Assembly (NCBI GenBank): GCA_951406725.2
Contig: OX597826.1
Span: 77,190,001 to 77,254,000, forward strand
Reading direction: 5' to 3'
DNA from: Octopus vulgaris
Lineage: Eukaryota
DNA: 64,000 bases
A model generated the notes under the pieces. It had not been told where the DNA came from. It did not search any database and saw only the letters and a program-made list of their open reading frames with translations. The position numbers were made by a program, and so were the translations under genes. Shown here in pieces: positions 41,221 through 54,644 of the stretch; the stretch's first letter is position 1; each line of letters opens with the position of its first letter.

Positions 41221-41949
41221 TAATAAATAATAATAATAATGATGATGATGATGATATAGTAATAATAATAATAATAACCGTTTTATTTGTTGTTTCTTTG
41301 TACTTATTTTTGAAGTGTGTCTTGTTTTAATGAAGCGACATGATTTAAACATGGCATCTTAAGACAATGCATTGACACCGACGCTCTACCGATTCTGCCA
41401 AGACATTGGTGTGATAATAAATATAAATAAGCCATGGCCATTTCTATAATCGTTGCACAATTATAATCTTTTATGATATTTCGTTGTTTATTCGTAGAAT
41501 TACAACCTGAAGAACATTCACAAGAGAAAATGCATTATATTCTATTGTCGTAAAAATAAAATATGGATAACATTATAATTGCTTATTATTTTTTAACTCT
41601 TAATAATTACTTCAATTTTTTTTTATTTCATTTTAAAAAGACATGCAAAGACTTGTTTATTGAACGAAATCTCGTACTCTCGGTGACTTGCGGCTAGAAT
41701 AAGATCTGCGATTCTGTGTAGAACTGAAAATCAGCTGCAGAACGCACTTTTGGAATATTAAGAATTGCATCCCAGTTATTTTACGTCATACTTGTGGCCA
41801 TGTTTGGGAATTTTACAACTTGGAGAATGAAACAATTTTGAAGAAAAAGCCTCTTTCATTTCTATTTTTCTTAGATTGGTTTTAACCATACGCAACCGCC
41901 GAAAAGTTGTACAAGAATAAAAATACACGAGTTTTTTTTTATAATGAAC

Positions 41950-42159
41950 CTTTTTTACTCTTTGACTCTTTTATATTTTTTTCAGTCATTTGACTGTGGC
42001 CATGCTGGAGCACCGCCTTTTAGTCGAGCAAATCGACCACAGAACTTATTCTTTTTTAAGCCGAGTACTTTATTCTATCGGTCTCTTTTGCCGAACCGCT
42101 AAGTGACGAGGACGTAAACACACCAGCATCGGTTGTCAAGCGATGTAGAGGGGGGACAA

Positions 42160-42213
<54 letters not shown>

Positions 42214-42376
42214 GCATGTATACGACGGGCTTCTTTCGGTTTCCGTCTACCACATCCACTCACATGGCTGTGGTTAGCCGAGGCTATAGAAGAAGACACT
42301 TGCCCAGGGTGCCACGCAGTGGGACTGAACCCGGAATCATGTGGTTGGTAAGCAAGCTACTTACCACACAACCACG
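41950..42376 (-). mobile_element. SINE family A, near full length
   Basis: Homologous throughout to 33663-34105. Confidence 0.92.
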
Positions 42377-43095
42377 TGTTGAGCAAGAATAAATTGTCAT
42401 ATTTTCCCAGAACAAGGTTACAGAGCTTTTGAGGATGAAGTGTCGTTGATGCCTTAACTCTTGATCGTATCGACCCCAGGAAGAAGAAACGATCAAAGTT
42501 AATCTCGCTAGAATTTGAAGTACAAATGTAAAAGATGATAATTGAATATTAATTAGAGAATTAAATGAAACTATGCGTCTGTGAGGGTTTCTAGCGATAG
42601 CACAAAATTTTTAAATGTTTTGAGGGGGTTTTAGGGAGGTAAATCCTCAAGGAATTAGAAGACAGACTCCACAACAAAAAAAAAAGCATAATGAATGATG
42701 AGAAAATTTTTATGAGATTTTATAATGATTCCAGTATCCGAATGTTTGCCAATTTAACCTCCATCCTTTCCACCGTCTCCAGGAATGGGATTGTCCTGAG
42801 AACTGCATCTTCCTGTTCTCTTGTTGTTACCGTTGCTTCTTCCTAGACCAGGCTCTCTTCGGAGCGATTCCCACTCTGTTCGGCCAAAAGTCTTTCAATG
42901 ACCTTTAACCTGCCACATTGTTAAGCAGTTGCCCTACAAAGAACTTCGGAACTGTTTGAAAGGTACAGGGAGAGGGGGGGGAGAAAGGCAGAGAGAAAGA
43001 GAGAGAGGAGGAAGTGAGAGAGAGAGAGAGAGAGAGAAACAGACAAACCGAGAAAGATAGACAGGATGGGGAGAGAAGAGGGAAGAGGAGGTGGA

Positions 43096-43197
43096 GAAGA
43101 AGAAGAAGAAGAAGAAGAAGAAGAAGAAGAAGAAGAAGAAGAAGAAGAAGAAGAAGAAGAAGAAGAAGAAGAAGAAGAAGAAGAAGAAGAAGAAGAA
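43096..43197 (+). repeat. (GAA)n trinucleotide repeat
   Basis: Direct reading; source of the poly-Arg pseudo-ORF. Confidence 0.95.
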
Positions 43198-43760
43198 TGA
43201 ATGAAATTAGGAGGTTTGCATTAAATACTCAAATAGTCTGTTGAGATTTCTGTAAATCATTCTAAGCCGTGGGAATGTTGGAATATTTGTTGTTGATCTA
43301 AAATCGAAATTTCGAGAGATTTATTTTCCCTCCCAACTCCGATATTCAATTTTTATAGATATTGATGACTTCAGGAACAGACCTGTACAAAATTACTCAT
43401 TGATTAAGTCAGCGTTTTTTTTAAATATCTGATGATGTCAACGAATGAACTTGGAAATAATGAGTCGACCTGATTTAAGCAGCCAAATCGCCCTTATATA
43501 ATATCCTGCTACCTAAAAGAGGGGAAGATACTTTAAGATAATGTAGACTGGGTAGCATTATGCCTTCAAAAAGATGGATATGTTCTTTAAAAATCTCTCC
43601 ATGTAGGGCGAGTATTCCTTTAATTCAGGGAAAAAAAGTGGGGGCCGAATTCATTTTATAGAGATTCGACATTTACATAAGATTGGAAGTGTAGAGTGAA
43701 ACATAATGAAGTTGTGATTAAATATGGCGTAATTTAGTTGTAATTAAATATGTAATTTAA

Positions 43761-43978
43761 GGCGGCGAGCTGGCAGAAACGTTAGCACGCCGGGCGTATT
43801 TTGTCTGCCGTTACGTTCTGAGTTCAAATTCCGCCGAGGTCGACTTTGCCTTTCATCCTTTTGGGGTCGATAAATTAGGTACCAGTTACGTGCTAGGGTC
43901 GATGTAATCGAATTAATCCGTTTGTCTGTCCTTGTTTGTCCCCTCTGTGTTTAGCCCCTTGTGGGTAGTAAAGAAATA
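43761..43978 (+). mobile_element. SINE family B, near full length with TSD
   Basis: GGCGGCGAGCTGGCAGAAACGTTAGC head, GAGTTCAAATTCC B box, GCCTTTCATCCTTTTGGGGTCGATAAA body, CCCCTTGTGGGTAGTAAAGAAATA tail. Flanking AAATATGTAATT(T/A)AA direct repeats at 43746-43760 and 43974-43988. Confidence 0.92.
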
Positions 43979-44318
43979 TGTAATTAAATACGGCGCTAAT
44001 GAGAGAAGGAAGTGGGGTGACAAAAAAGGAGTCAATAAAACGAAATAAGTTGAAATGGTAATAAAAGGATCGTTTGAATAATAAAAATAAAGGAAACTAC
44101 AAAGAGAAGGAAATTGTTAAGAACAGATTTCAATGGATTTGAAGGGATTCTTCTGTTGAAAAGCGACGAAGAAAGAGTTTATTTCGCCAAAATTGTTGGA
44201 GGAGAGCTTTGGTCGTTGAAGTTGCAGAAGATTCAATACAGTCTCCTCTATTTGAATACTTTGGTCGTAAACGTATTGAACCAATTTTGGATTGGGGGTT
44301 AATTTATATTTAACTATG

Positions 44319-45085
44319 TCTTTACTACCCACAAGGGGCTAAACACAGAGAGGACAAACAAGGACAGACAAACGGATTAAGTCGATTATATCGACCTCAG
44401 TGCGTAACTGGTACTTATTGAATCGACCCCGAAAGGATGAAAGCAAAGTCGACCTCGCAGGAATTTGAACTCAGAACGTAACAACAGATGAAATACCTAT
44501 TTCTTTATTGCCCACAAGGGGCTAAACATAGAGGGGACAAACAAGGATAGGCAAACGGATTAAGTCGATTATATCGACCCCAGTACGTAACTGGTACTTA
44601 ATTTATCGACCCCGAAAGGATGAAAGCAAAGTCGACCTCGCAGGAATTTGAACTCAGAACGTAACAACAGATGAAATACCTATTTCTTTACTACCCACAA
44701 GGGGCTAAACACAGAGAGGACAAACAAGGACAGACAAACGGATTAAGTCGATTATATCGACCCCAGTGCGTAACTGGTACTTAATTTATCGACCCCGAAA
44801 GGATGAAAGGCAAAGTCCACCTCGCAGGAATTTGAACTCAGAACGTAGCGGCAGACGAAATATCTATTTCTTTATTGCCCACAAGGGGCTAAACATAGAG
44901 GGGACAAACAAGGACAGGCAAACGGATTAAGTCGATTATATCGACTCCGGTGCGTAACTGATACTTATTGAATCGACCCCGAAAGGATGAAAGGCAAAGT
45001 CGACCTCGGCGGAATTTGAACTCAGAACGTAACGGCTGACGAAATACGGCTACGCATTTCGCCCGACGTGCTGACGCTTCTAACG
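44319..45085 (-). mobile_element. Head-to-tail tandem array of four SINE family B units (183-184 bp period)
   Basis: Unit boundaries at 44319, 44502, 44685 and 44869. Only the rightmost unit retains the head. Confidence 0.95.
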
Positions 45086-45394
45086 CCTGATTAGCGCTCC
45101 TCCGAATTGAACCCACGCATTAAGTGTTGTGACTACTGACCCAAAAGAGCACCAGTGGCAGGATGCAAACTGATGGACTTTCGAGCTTTTATATTCAGCA
45201 TCCCTAAGCATTATATACGATGCTGTAACGATTCAACCAATCAATTGGCTGCGTTGTAACTGGGGCGGACAAAAAATTCTTCTAAACGATGCGCCAGCAT
45301 GGCCACAGTCTAATGATTGAAACAAGTAAAAGATAAAAGTATGTATGTAAGTAGATATGTGTGTGTGTGTGTGTGTGTGTATGAACGTATCTTT

Positions 45395-45610
45395 CTATCT
45401 TTTACTCGTTTCAGTTATTAGGTTGCGACCATGCTGGGGCACTGCTTCGACGAGTTTTAGTCGAACTAACCGACCCAAGTACTTTTTATTTTTATATAAG
45501 TCTGCAATTGATGTATCTATCTGTTTTGCCGAAACGCCAAATTACAGGGATGTAAACACACCAGCACCGGTTGTCAAGCAGTCGCGCGGGGACAAACACA
45601 AACAGAAAGA
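45395..45610 (-). mobile_element. SINE family A, 3' half
   Basis: Tail and 3' half homology. Confidence 0.75.
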
Positions 45611-45626
45611 AGTACACATGCACACA

Positions 45627-45667
<41 letters not shown>

Positions 45668-45702
45668 ATATAGATAGACAGATAGACAGACAGACGGGTA
45701 AA

Positions 45703-45735
<33 letters not shown>

Positions 45736-45778
45736 CGGTAGATAAATAGACAAACAGACAGACAGGCAGATAGACGAG

Positions 45779-45835
<57 letters not shown>

Positions 45836-45843
45836 GGATGGAT

Positions 45844-45883
<40 letters not shown>

Positions 45884-46587
45884 GTAGGTAGGTAGGTAGG
45901 TCGGTAGATAGATCCACAATTTCTGCTTCGAATACCATCCTACTTTATCCCTAAAAATCGGGGATAGTCGAAGCGGGAATACTTTTCACGGTGGACTTTG
46001 CTGATCACCGTTTAATCAGTGCTAAACCATAACATTGACAACAACAATACACAATCATAAATTAAACTCAAACTTCGTCTTTTGTGACAAAAACTTTTCC
46101 GATCGATTCTTGTAAACAAAGCTATAAACAGCAAGAGTTATTCCCCTTAGATGTATGCAATATTTTTAAGCACCGCCCCCTATCCATAGTAGGCGTGTCT
46201 ATATGTTATTGTTAACGCCTACATTGTTAATGCCTTAATACGCACCTTCAGCTCTCTCTTTGTCTCCTTTCTCACTTGACTCCGCCCAGTTTTTTCTTTC
46301 TGCTTCTTACAACTTTTACACGCAACCGTAAACACAGAATTCGTGAAGACTCAGATATTTATACACGTTATCCATTCCTTGTATGTGACTGCGCGTGCGT
46401 GCGTATGTGCTTCTGTGTGCGTGGCTCTGTGTGTGTTTCTGTGTGTGTGTTTCTGTGTGTGAGTTTCTGTGTGTGTGTGTGTGTGTATGTGTGTTTCTGT
46501 GTGTGTGTGTTTCTGTGTGTGAGTTTCTGTGTGTGTGTGTGTGTGTGTGCATGTGCGCGCTCAAACCAACACAAATGTACATACTTA

Positions 46588-46627
<40 letters not shown>

Positions 46628-46629
46628 TA

Positions 46630-47015
46630 TTTTATTCTTTTATTTGTTTCAGTCATTTGACTGCGGCCACGCTGGAGCACCGCCTTTAGTCGAGCAAATT
46701 GACCCCAAGACTTATTCTTTGTAAGCCTAGTACTTATTCTATCGGTCTATTTTTGCCGGACCGCTGGATAACGGGGAAGTAAACACACCAGCATCGCTCG
46801 TCAAGCGATATTGGGAGGTAGACATAGACACACACACACACACACACACACATACACACACATTCACATACATACACACACACATTCATATTCAACGGGC
46901 TTCTTTCAGTTTCCGTCTTCCGTTCAGTTTCACTCACAAGGCTTTGGTCGGCTCGAGGCTATGGTAGAAGATACTTGCTCAAGGTGTCACGCAGTGAGAC
47001 TGAATCCAGAACAGC
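46630..47015 (-). mobile_element. SINE family A, 5'-truncated
   Basis: Tail, 3' half, CA spacer and body. Confidence 0.85.
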
Positions 47016-47061
47016 CTTACCTGTGCATATATTTTTATGTATGTATGTATACACACACACG

Positions 47062-47109
<48 letters not shown>

Positions 47110-47409
47110 CGGACAGATAGTCAAAAAGATAGACAGATAGAGAGAGAGAGACAGACAGAGACAAATAGACGGACAGACAGATAGAAGCAACTGTACAGGT
47201 AGATATATGTGCATACTTATATTCGCTTGCATACAATATGCGGTACACCTTGGCCCACATTCAGTGAATAAACTTACATACACGCGCATACATACATACA
47301 TGCATGCATACATACATACATACATACATACATACATACATACATACATACATACATACATACACGCATACATACATACATACATACATACATACATACA
47401 TACATGCAT

Positions 47410-47442
<33 letters not shown>

Positions 47443-47444
47443 TA

Positions 47445-47892
47445 CTATTGAGAAATCTGCAGTTACTCTATGCAGATTACAAGTTCAGGATTATACCTGT
47501 AATTATTGGGGCCCTGGGATATGTAACACACTGCCTAAATATTAATCTTGAGAAATTAGGCTTTTCAAAACCAGAAACGAGAAAGCTATTTCGAAGGCTA
47601 CAGATCCATTCCATCACTGGAACTGTAAAAATCTAAAACTTTCCAGAAGTTTAGCATTTAAATATATATGAGCAAGTCTAGATATGCAACAGTATGCATG
47701 AGAATATATACATAAAACATACATATCTGCACATACAAACATACATACATACATACATACATACATACATACATACATACAAGAATTCCCTGTTGTTGAT
47801 GTCGAAATTCCAATGAAGGAAGCTTGGATCTAGGTTAGAAACCGGTTTTTTCTCTGTTGGCAAGAAATCTTGAAATAAGACTGAACAATAAC
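47445..47892 (+). mobile_element. RLE-type (R2/R4/CRE-group) LINE 3' end
   Basis: LLRNLQLLYADYKFRIIPVIIGALGYVTHCL...GTVKI carries the IPVIIGALG RLE C-terminal motif. 3' UTR follows with an internal (CATA)n. Confidence 0.8.
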
Positions 47893-48042
47893 ATAAACGC
47901 ACGCGCATATATGTTAACATGTAGGTGCGGGCGTGGCCGTGTGATAAGAAGTCTGCGTCCAAACCACATGGCTCCGGACCTGGAATTAAACAACCACAAA
48001 CACATCTACAAACATACACACTCATTGATTCATATACACGTA

Positions 48043-48087
<45 letters not shown>

Positions 48088-48225
48088 TCCCATGCATAAA
48101 ACCCAATTCATCCCTAAATTTACTTTTCCAATCACAAGGCCACAAACATGATTACACCTAAGTGCGTGAATTAATATAATTAAAACAACTACCACAATCA
48201 TCACCACCATCCCACATCTATGTAT

Positions 48226-48279
<54 letters not shown>

Positions 48280-48295
48280 GTGTATAAATACTTTT

Positions 48296-48467
48296 TTTTA
48301 AATTTTTATTTTTATCTAGTTTCAGCTCACAAGCTGTGGCCATGCTGGGGCACCGCCATTTGGTGTTGCTACATGATTTTACTTCACGAATGCTTTTTAG
48401 CAATTGCCATTTGGTGCATGAGAGAGTTCGATGCAGCTGCCCTCATCTGCACCTCCTGCCGTGAAGT

Positions 48468-48468
<1 letters not shown>
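48296..48468 (-). mobile_element. CR1/L2-type LINE extreme 3' end
   Basis: [19 protein letters not shown] matches the C-termini of ORFs 9517-9831 and 7933-8148. Tail GGCGGTGCCCCAGCATGGCCACAGCTTGTGAGCTGAAACTAG. Confidence 0.88.
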
Positions 48469-48508
<40 letters not shown>

Positions 48509-48689
48509 TATAAATATTACACGCAGCCATATATATATATATGCATACATGTGTATATTTTTGCATGTATATATTTCATGTGTGTGTGAGTGATATGTGA
48601 TATATATGTGTGTATGTATGTATACTATAATCTCTGCATGCGTGTGTATGCTTGTGTAGTCAACAAAGAGAAGTGCTGTTACCTAAATT

Positions 48690-51480
48690 CTTCTGGCAAG
48701 GGAAGTGAAAAGCCTCCCTGATGCCAACCCCACAAGTGCAACTAATTCAACAGAAAGAGCAGCGATCAACCAGAGCGAAACCAAAAGCAGAACGAAGGCA
48801 GTGAAGCACCCAACCGCCACCATTTTCGAACACAGACAACAAACACAAACACACACATCTGAAATAAGAAATTGCAGCCTTGTCCGGTTTCTTGTTAAAT
48901 GACAAAGAACCGGAAGAGAAAATTGAACAAGACAGGTTAGCCAAGGGGCCGAAAGTGACCAAATCATGTCCCAAAAAGAAAATGTAAAGCAGTAGAGCAA
49001 ACAGCAAGGAATTCGATCCCAAGACATCGACGATCGCAACTACCAATCAATATCAAGAATAACAAAAGGGAACCAAACCGAAAATCACCACAACATCCAA
49101 ACATGTAACGGCATCAACAACAACAAAACCTTAAACGCCAAGAAGAGAAACCAATCTCATAACTTCACCAAGAACAGCGGCAGCAGCAAAGCATGTCAAA
49201 TACAAACAGACACAGAAGAATATAAAAATCACAAATATAAACTGACAAATCCGCAAACACATTTTCCTCTCCTAAACAAATGCCACAAGTAATAAAGAGC
49301 CAAACGTTTAGACTAAGTCAGTATAAGAGAGGATCCTTTTAAACTGCCATCTGGTGTGAAAATGTCTATAAACATACACACTCCAGTAAAGAAATGTTCA
49401 AAAGACGTGGGACACAGCACAGTAAAATGAAACAAAAAACTTCTGGTGGTAATAATTTTCAACGCACTCCAGCTCATTTGAAAGACCCAATTAATTGCCT
49501 GTCCTTTTTCACAATTGACCGCTCTCACTTCCCATTTCTCGAGCCACCACGAGAATACTCAGCGTAAAGAGTATAAATGTTCGTAGCTTGAAGATACCTT
49601 GTAAGAAAGATGACTTGTCCAAAGATCCAAGCTCACTAGATATAGATGTGGTCGAAATTAGTGAGACCAGAATTTCGTGACGTTCGCCTTTACACACACC
49701 TTTAACGTCTACGAGTTGTACCTTTTCCAAGCCTGCATTAATCGGAAAGCAGTGTGTGTGGTAGTGTCATTTTAAAACGATTTAGATTTCGAGGTGTTGA
49801 AAATCTTACAAGACACGAATTTGAATTCGGCAGTGTTGAGCGTGAGCATCAGAGAAAGCGTTGCCTTCAGACAAGTGTTCATCTAAGCCTTGATTAAGGC
49901 CAGATAGTTGGATCTTTTCAGGCATCCGAAAGCCTTTCTCTGTGCGTCCAATTCGTTAGTGCCAGTGAAAGACCGAAAAGGAATTTTAAATACATACTCG
50001 GATCGTGTGGAGTAAGCGCTAAGAATAGAAAGGGATGTAAAAGTTTCGCTAATCTGCTCAGATAATCTTGCCGTTCGACAGACCCAACTGGATTTCACGA
50101 ATATGTCAAAGTAGGCAGGGGTCATCTAGGTCATAACAAGATGGCATAACTGTAAGGAGGTTAATGGGCAGAAATAAAACAGGAGTATCCACAAATACAA
50201 CCGGTCGGCAACGCAGTCTGCAAATTTGTGATCAGCGTGGCCAATTTATAAACAAGGACCCGTCTACAGGAAACCGAGCACGTCGTTCTCAGTGAGCAGT
50301 CTAATTAAATAGTTGGTGAGGTGGGGTGGGAGATGCTGGTCAGTAACAAGTGGTTCAGTGATTTAAAGAGTGTTAATCAAAAGATTAAGAAAGAGATTTA
50401 GGAAAGAAGTAAAGATAAAGAAAAATAAGTAAAAAGTAGAACGAGCGGACAAATTAGAGAAGAGGCTTTGAAAAGACAACGTAATCGGACATAGGAGAGG
50501 CAAGAAAGGTTTTTGAGCATTTCTTCAATAGGGAACACAGAGGTGACGGTGTCAGGGAAAAGATACGTGCTCTAAAAACATGAAAGAACGAAACTAATTG
50601 GAAACACCCAGGTGGCAGAGGTGCAGTGTGGCATGAAAGACACAGTTCGGTCTTTGATGGACTGGCACAAGTGTGTGCTAGGAATTTCAAGCATTATGGG
50701 ACCCTAAGCCAGGTGGATCAGTTAAGTTGTTTGTAACAAGCTTTGCTCTAGACGTCCAGAATAATAGGAACGTGGATGAGATGACGAGCACAGGGGTCAC
50801 CCTCATCCAGGACTGTGGTCTTAGATATAAAAGTTCGGGCAGAGGTAACACACGCGTATATTGTTTTGGTAGTCATAATATCGCCATGATTAGAACAGAT
50901 ATTCTCCTGCCGCTTGTGAAAGGGATATATTCCTATTTCTATTTCTTTACTACCCACAAGGGGCTAAACATAGAGGGGACAAATAAGGACAGACAAACGG
51001 GTTAAGTTGATTACATCGACCCCAGTGCGTAACTGGTACTTAATTTATCGATCCTGAAAGGATGAAAGACAAAGTCAACCTCGGCAGAATTTGAACTCAG
51101 ACAAAATACGGCCACGCATTTCGCCCGGCGTGCTAACATTTCTGCCAGCTCACCGCCTTTTAGCGGTCAAGATAAGTCCATCTTATGTCAATGCACTCTG
51201 TACAAAAGGTTTGGAACGTTGTAGCTGATGGCATCCTCGGCTACAGCATAGACATTCACAAATGTGGATACCTAAATGGTGAGCAGGTATGGTCGCGCTT
51301 TCTGGCCATCTTTTTCACAGAACTTCACTTTAACAATCCTTAGTTGAGCAAAAACTAATTGGGCAATGCAATGGGATTCCTCCTACCTTAGCATTCTACA
51401 ACGTTTCAGGTGAAACACTGGACATCGACGAGGATCAAATCGTTTGTTTTGGAGAACTCTCAGCCCTGGATCATGCACAC
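48690..51480 (+). mobile_element. Highly decayed L1/Tx1-like LINE (possible ORF1 remnant, APE endonuclease, partial RT)
   Basis: ILSVKSINVRSLK...DIDVVEISETRI at about 49555-49675 (APE N-terminus NV..DI..ET). QGPVYRKPSTS at about 50255 (GPGYWKLN-like). QGSPSS at about 50790 (QGCPLS-like). Many stops; boundaries approximate. Confidence 0.65.
50932..51158 (-). mobile_element. SINE family B inserted in the Tx1-like LINE
   Basis: Homologous to 43761-43978, with a small internal deletion. Confidence 0.9.
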
Positions 51481-51545
51481 ACGCCAAGTATAGCAATATA
51501 TATACAAGTATAGTAATATTTATATATATATATATATAGATATAT

Positions 51546-51859
51546 ATCACTGCGATCACCGTGACCGACCAGGCTATCAGATGTTGCTACACATTGCTAG
51601 TCACAATGCGCTTCGCATTGTTTTTAGCCTTCAAATGACGCCACCCCGCTGGCTAAGCGAGCAGGGCAACAGAAGAAAGAGTGAAAGAAAGTTGTGGCGA
51701 AAGAGTACAGCAGGGATCGTCATCACCCCCACTGCCGGAGCGTCGTGGAGCTTTAGGTGTTTTCGCTCAATAAACACTCACAACGCCCGGTCTGAGAATG
51801 GAAACCGCGATCCTACAACCACGAGTCCGCTGCCCTAACCACTGGGCCATTGCGCCTCC
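51546..51859 (-). mobile_element. tRNA-derived SINE family C (octopus OR1-like)
   Basis: GGAGGCGCAATGGCCCAGTGGTTAGGGCAGCGGACTCG... (A box TGGCCCAGTGG), GGTTTCCATTC B-box remnant. 3' part is repeated at 37295-37412. The name is from recollection. Confidence 0.8.
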
Positions 51860-51873
51860 ACTATATATATATA

Positions 51874-51915
<42 letters not shown>

Positions 51916-52488
51916 TGTGTGTGTGTGTGTACCGTGGGATCACCGTGAACAAGATTTGATCTTCTCTCTTCGCTCTTTTGCGCCACATGGGCTCAACTCC
52001 CTTCCTCTCTTCATCTGACACCTACTTCCTCTCTTCACTCCTATCCACCTCTCTTCATTGATACCGCCCACAACCCTACCTGTACCCATACACCTCTATC
52101 CCCACCCCCACATCCCCACAACACACTACTACTACTGTTGCTATTACTACTACAATTACTACCCTTACTAGCCTTACTTCTGCTGCTGCTGTTGCTACTA
52201 CTACTATTACTACTAGAGTTGTGAAAGAAATGAGTCAAGAAACTAAAAAAAATATACATAAAAACAAAATGTATGTATCAGGCAAAAATAGAGACATCCC
52301 GAGATTTAAATGGGGTCAGCTTTCGTTTTCCTATTTTTTAAAAGGAAAGCGTAAAATTAATTAAAATGGCTGAAATTTAAGCAATAAAAATAAAACTAAC
52401 TAAAAATTATCTCCGGTACTGATGAAACTCCAAAGCGGAATAAAAATGGTAAACAATAAAATCATATATATAAACACGCACACACACA

Positions 52489-52568
<80 letters not shown>

Positions 52569-52723
52569 CAATAAAAAGGGTTTTAGAAATTCTGAATTTT
52601 GAGAATTGAGGTTATAAAAAATTATTTCTAAAGTCAAGTGACAAAGTAATATCTAAAATTGTGTGTATATGTATATGTGTGTGCGTTTATGTGCATGTAT
52701 GTATATCTATGCATATATATTTA

Positions 52724-52755
<32 letters not shown>

Positions 52756-53232
52756 CATAATGTACAACAGATTCAATAGTTTGAAGTCAATAGTGATAAT
52801 AAAGGCATTTGAAAAAACAGAAAAATAAGGAAAGGAAATCTGAAATATATTTAATAAACATATAAGAGACGGTGAGAGAGAAAGGAATGAAGGGGGGGAA
52901 AGGAAGAGATAGAGAAATGAGTGTAAGGAACTCCAAACCAAAATGAAAAGCCTGTCTCTCTTTGCCTGCCTCTCAATTTCTCTCTCTTTCTCTCTCTTTC
53001 TCTCACGATCTCTTTATCTCTTTCTTTCACTTTCACTTTCTCTCTCACGCGCGCGTGCACGTACAACCCCTATCATTAGTATCAAATCGTCTGTTAAGGT
53101 TTTTGATTTCAATTGAACTATTTTTTCGTTGTTCAATGTTTATACGCACACACACACAAACACACACAGAGGCACTCACACACACACACAGAGTCACACA
53201 CACACACAGAGGCACACACACACACAGAGGCA

Positions 53233-53264
<32 letters not shown>

Positions 53265-53888
53265 TGCATGCATACACACGTATTAGCTCTTCTATTTTAC
53301 TGTATTTTATTTTTATGTGACTATTTTAAAACGGAAACTGTCTCATTAGGCCTGACATTGGTTTCTTGCTTCCGTCGTTGTTTTGGTCAAGATCAAAAAA
53401 GGGTCAGTAGTCTTTATTATTATTATAATCGTTTAACAGTGTTTTAAAATATGAAAGCAGGTAGGGTCGAGATCACGACGTTTAGAAGGCCTCTCTCTCT
53501 TCTTTCCTTACTCTCTCCATCCCATTGGCAGAAATTTAATGATTTTAGGCTTGTATTTATTGATTTTTTAGCAATTATACAAGATCCTCATAAAAAGATT
53601 GGAGCAATATCGTTGGTAGCAGCCAGGAGTCTCGGCTCTTGACTTCGCGATGGATTTCCTTGACGCACAAAGGGGGTAAAAAAGGGAAGTTGGAACTGGA
53701 TGGGATTTGAACTCACAACTGATAGTAATGGTTGATTGACAACTAAATGCGTAGTTGGTAATCAATGGTAGTTTCGGCACTAATGTCACAATGCGGCACA
53801 ATGAGCAAGACATTCATCTTCCATAGTTTAAGATTAGCTAATCGTTAGTGAGTAAAAGTTTGCTGATGCCAACAATACGAAGTATCAA

Positions 53889-53943
<55 letters not shown>

Positions 53944-54412
53944 CAGAGAGATAAGAGACAGGAGACAGACAGACAGATACATTCATACATCCATACGTAC
54001 ATTATATATATATATAAAGATAAAGAGAGAGAGAGAGAGAAAACCAGAGTCAGACAAATAGACATATATGTGTGTGTGTGTGTGTATAAAGAGAGAGAGA
54101 AAGAATGAAGCAGAGACAGACAGATAAACATACATACACACATACATATATACACGTACATACATGTATGCATACACACACATACACACACACTTGTATG
54201 CATTTCTTCTACTTCTACATCGACCACAAACAGCGCCAATTCAACAGCAACAAGCACACCATTGTCACCACCGCCTCCACTAACAACAACATAAACAAAA
54301 CAACAAGGAACACGCAGGAAAAAAACCCCAACAAATATAGAAACCCGACAACGACCAGAAGGAAAACAGCGCCAACTAAATACTCAAGTTCACTCACAAC
54401 AACAACATTTAG

Positions 54413-54591
54413 TAAAGTTCTATATTTAAGAGATGAGGAATTATGTACATTATTTACATTTGATGGATATTTGTCCTCATCTTGTTTGTTGTTAACACAA
54501 CATTTCGGCTGATATACCCTCCAGCCTTCATCAGGTGTCTTGGGGAAATTTCGAACCTGGGTTCTCATTTCTAAGGTATTTTTCGATGTTG

Positions 54592-54644
<53 letters not shown>

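Noticed and set aside
44319-45085. CRISPR or tRNA gene array
   Set aside because: Whole units are homologous SINE bodies; no spacers and no complete cloverleaf.
47805-47850. CAATGAAG...GAAACCGGT hammerhead-like arrangement in a LINE 3' UTR
   Set aside because: Core lacks CUGA and the stems are weak.
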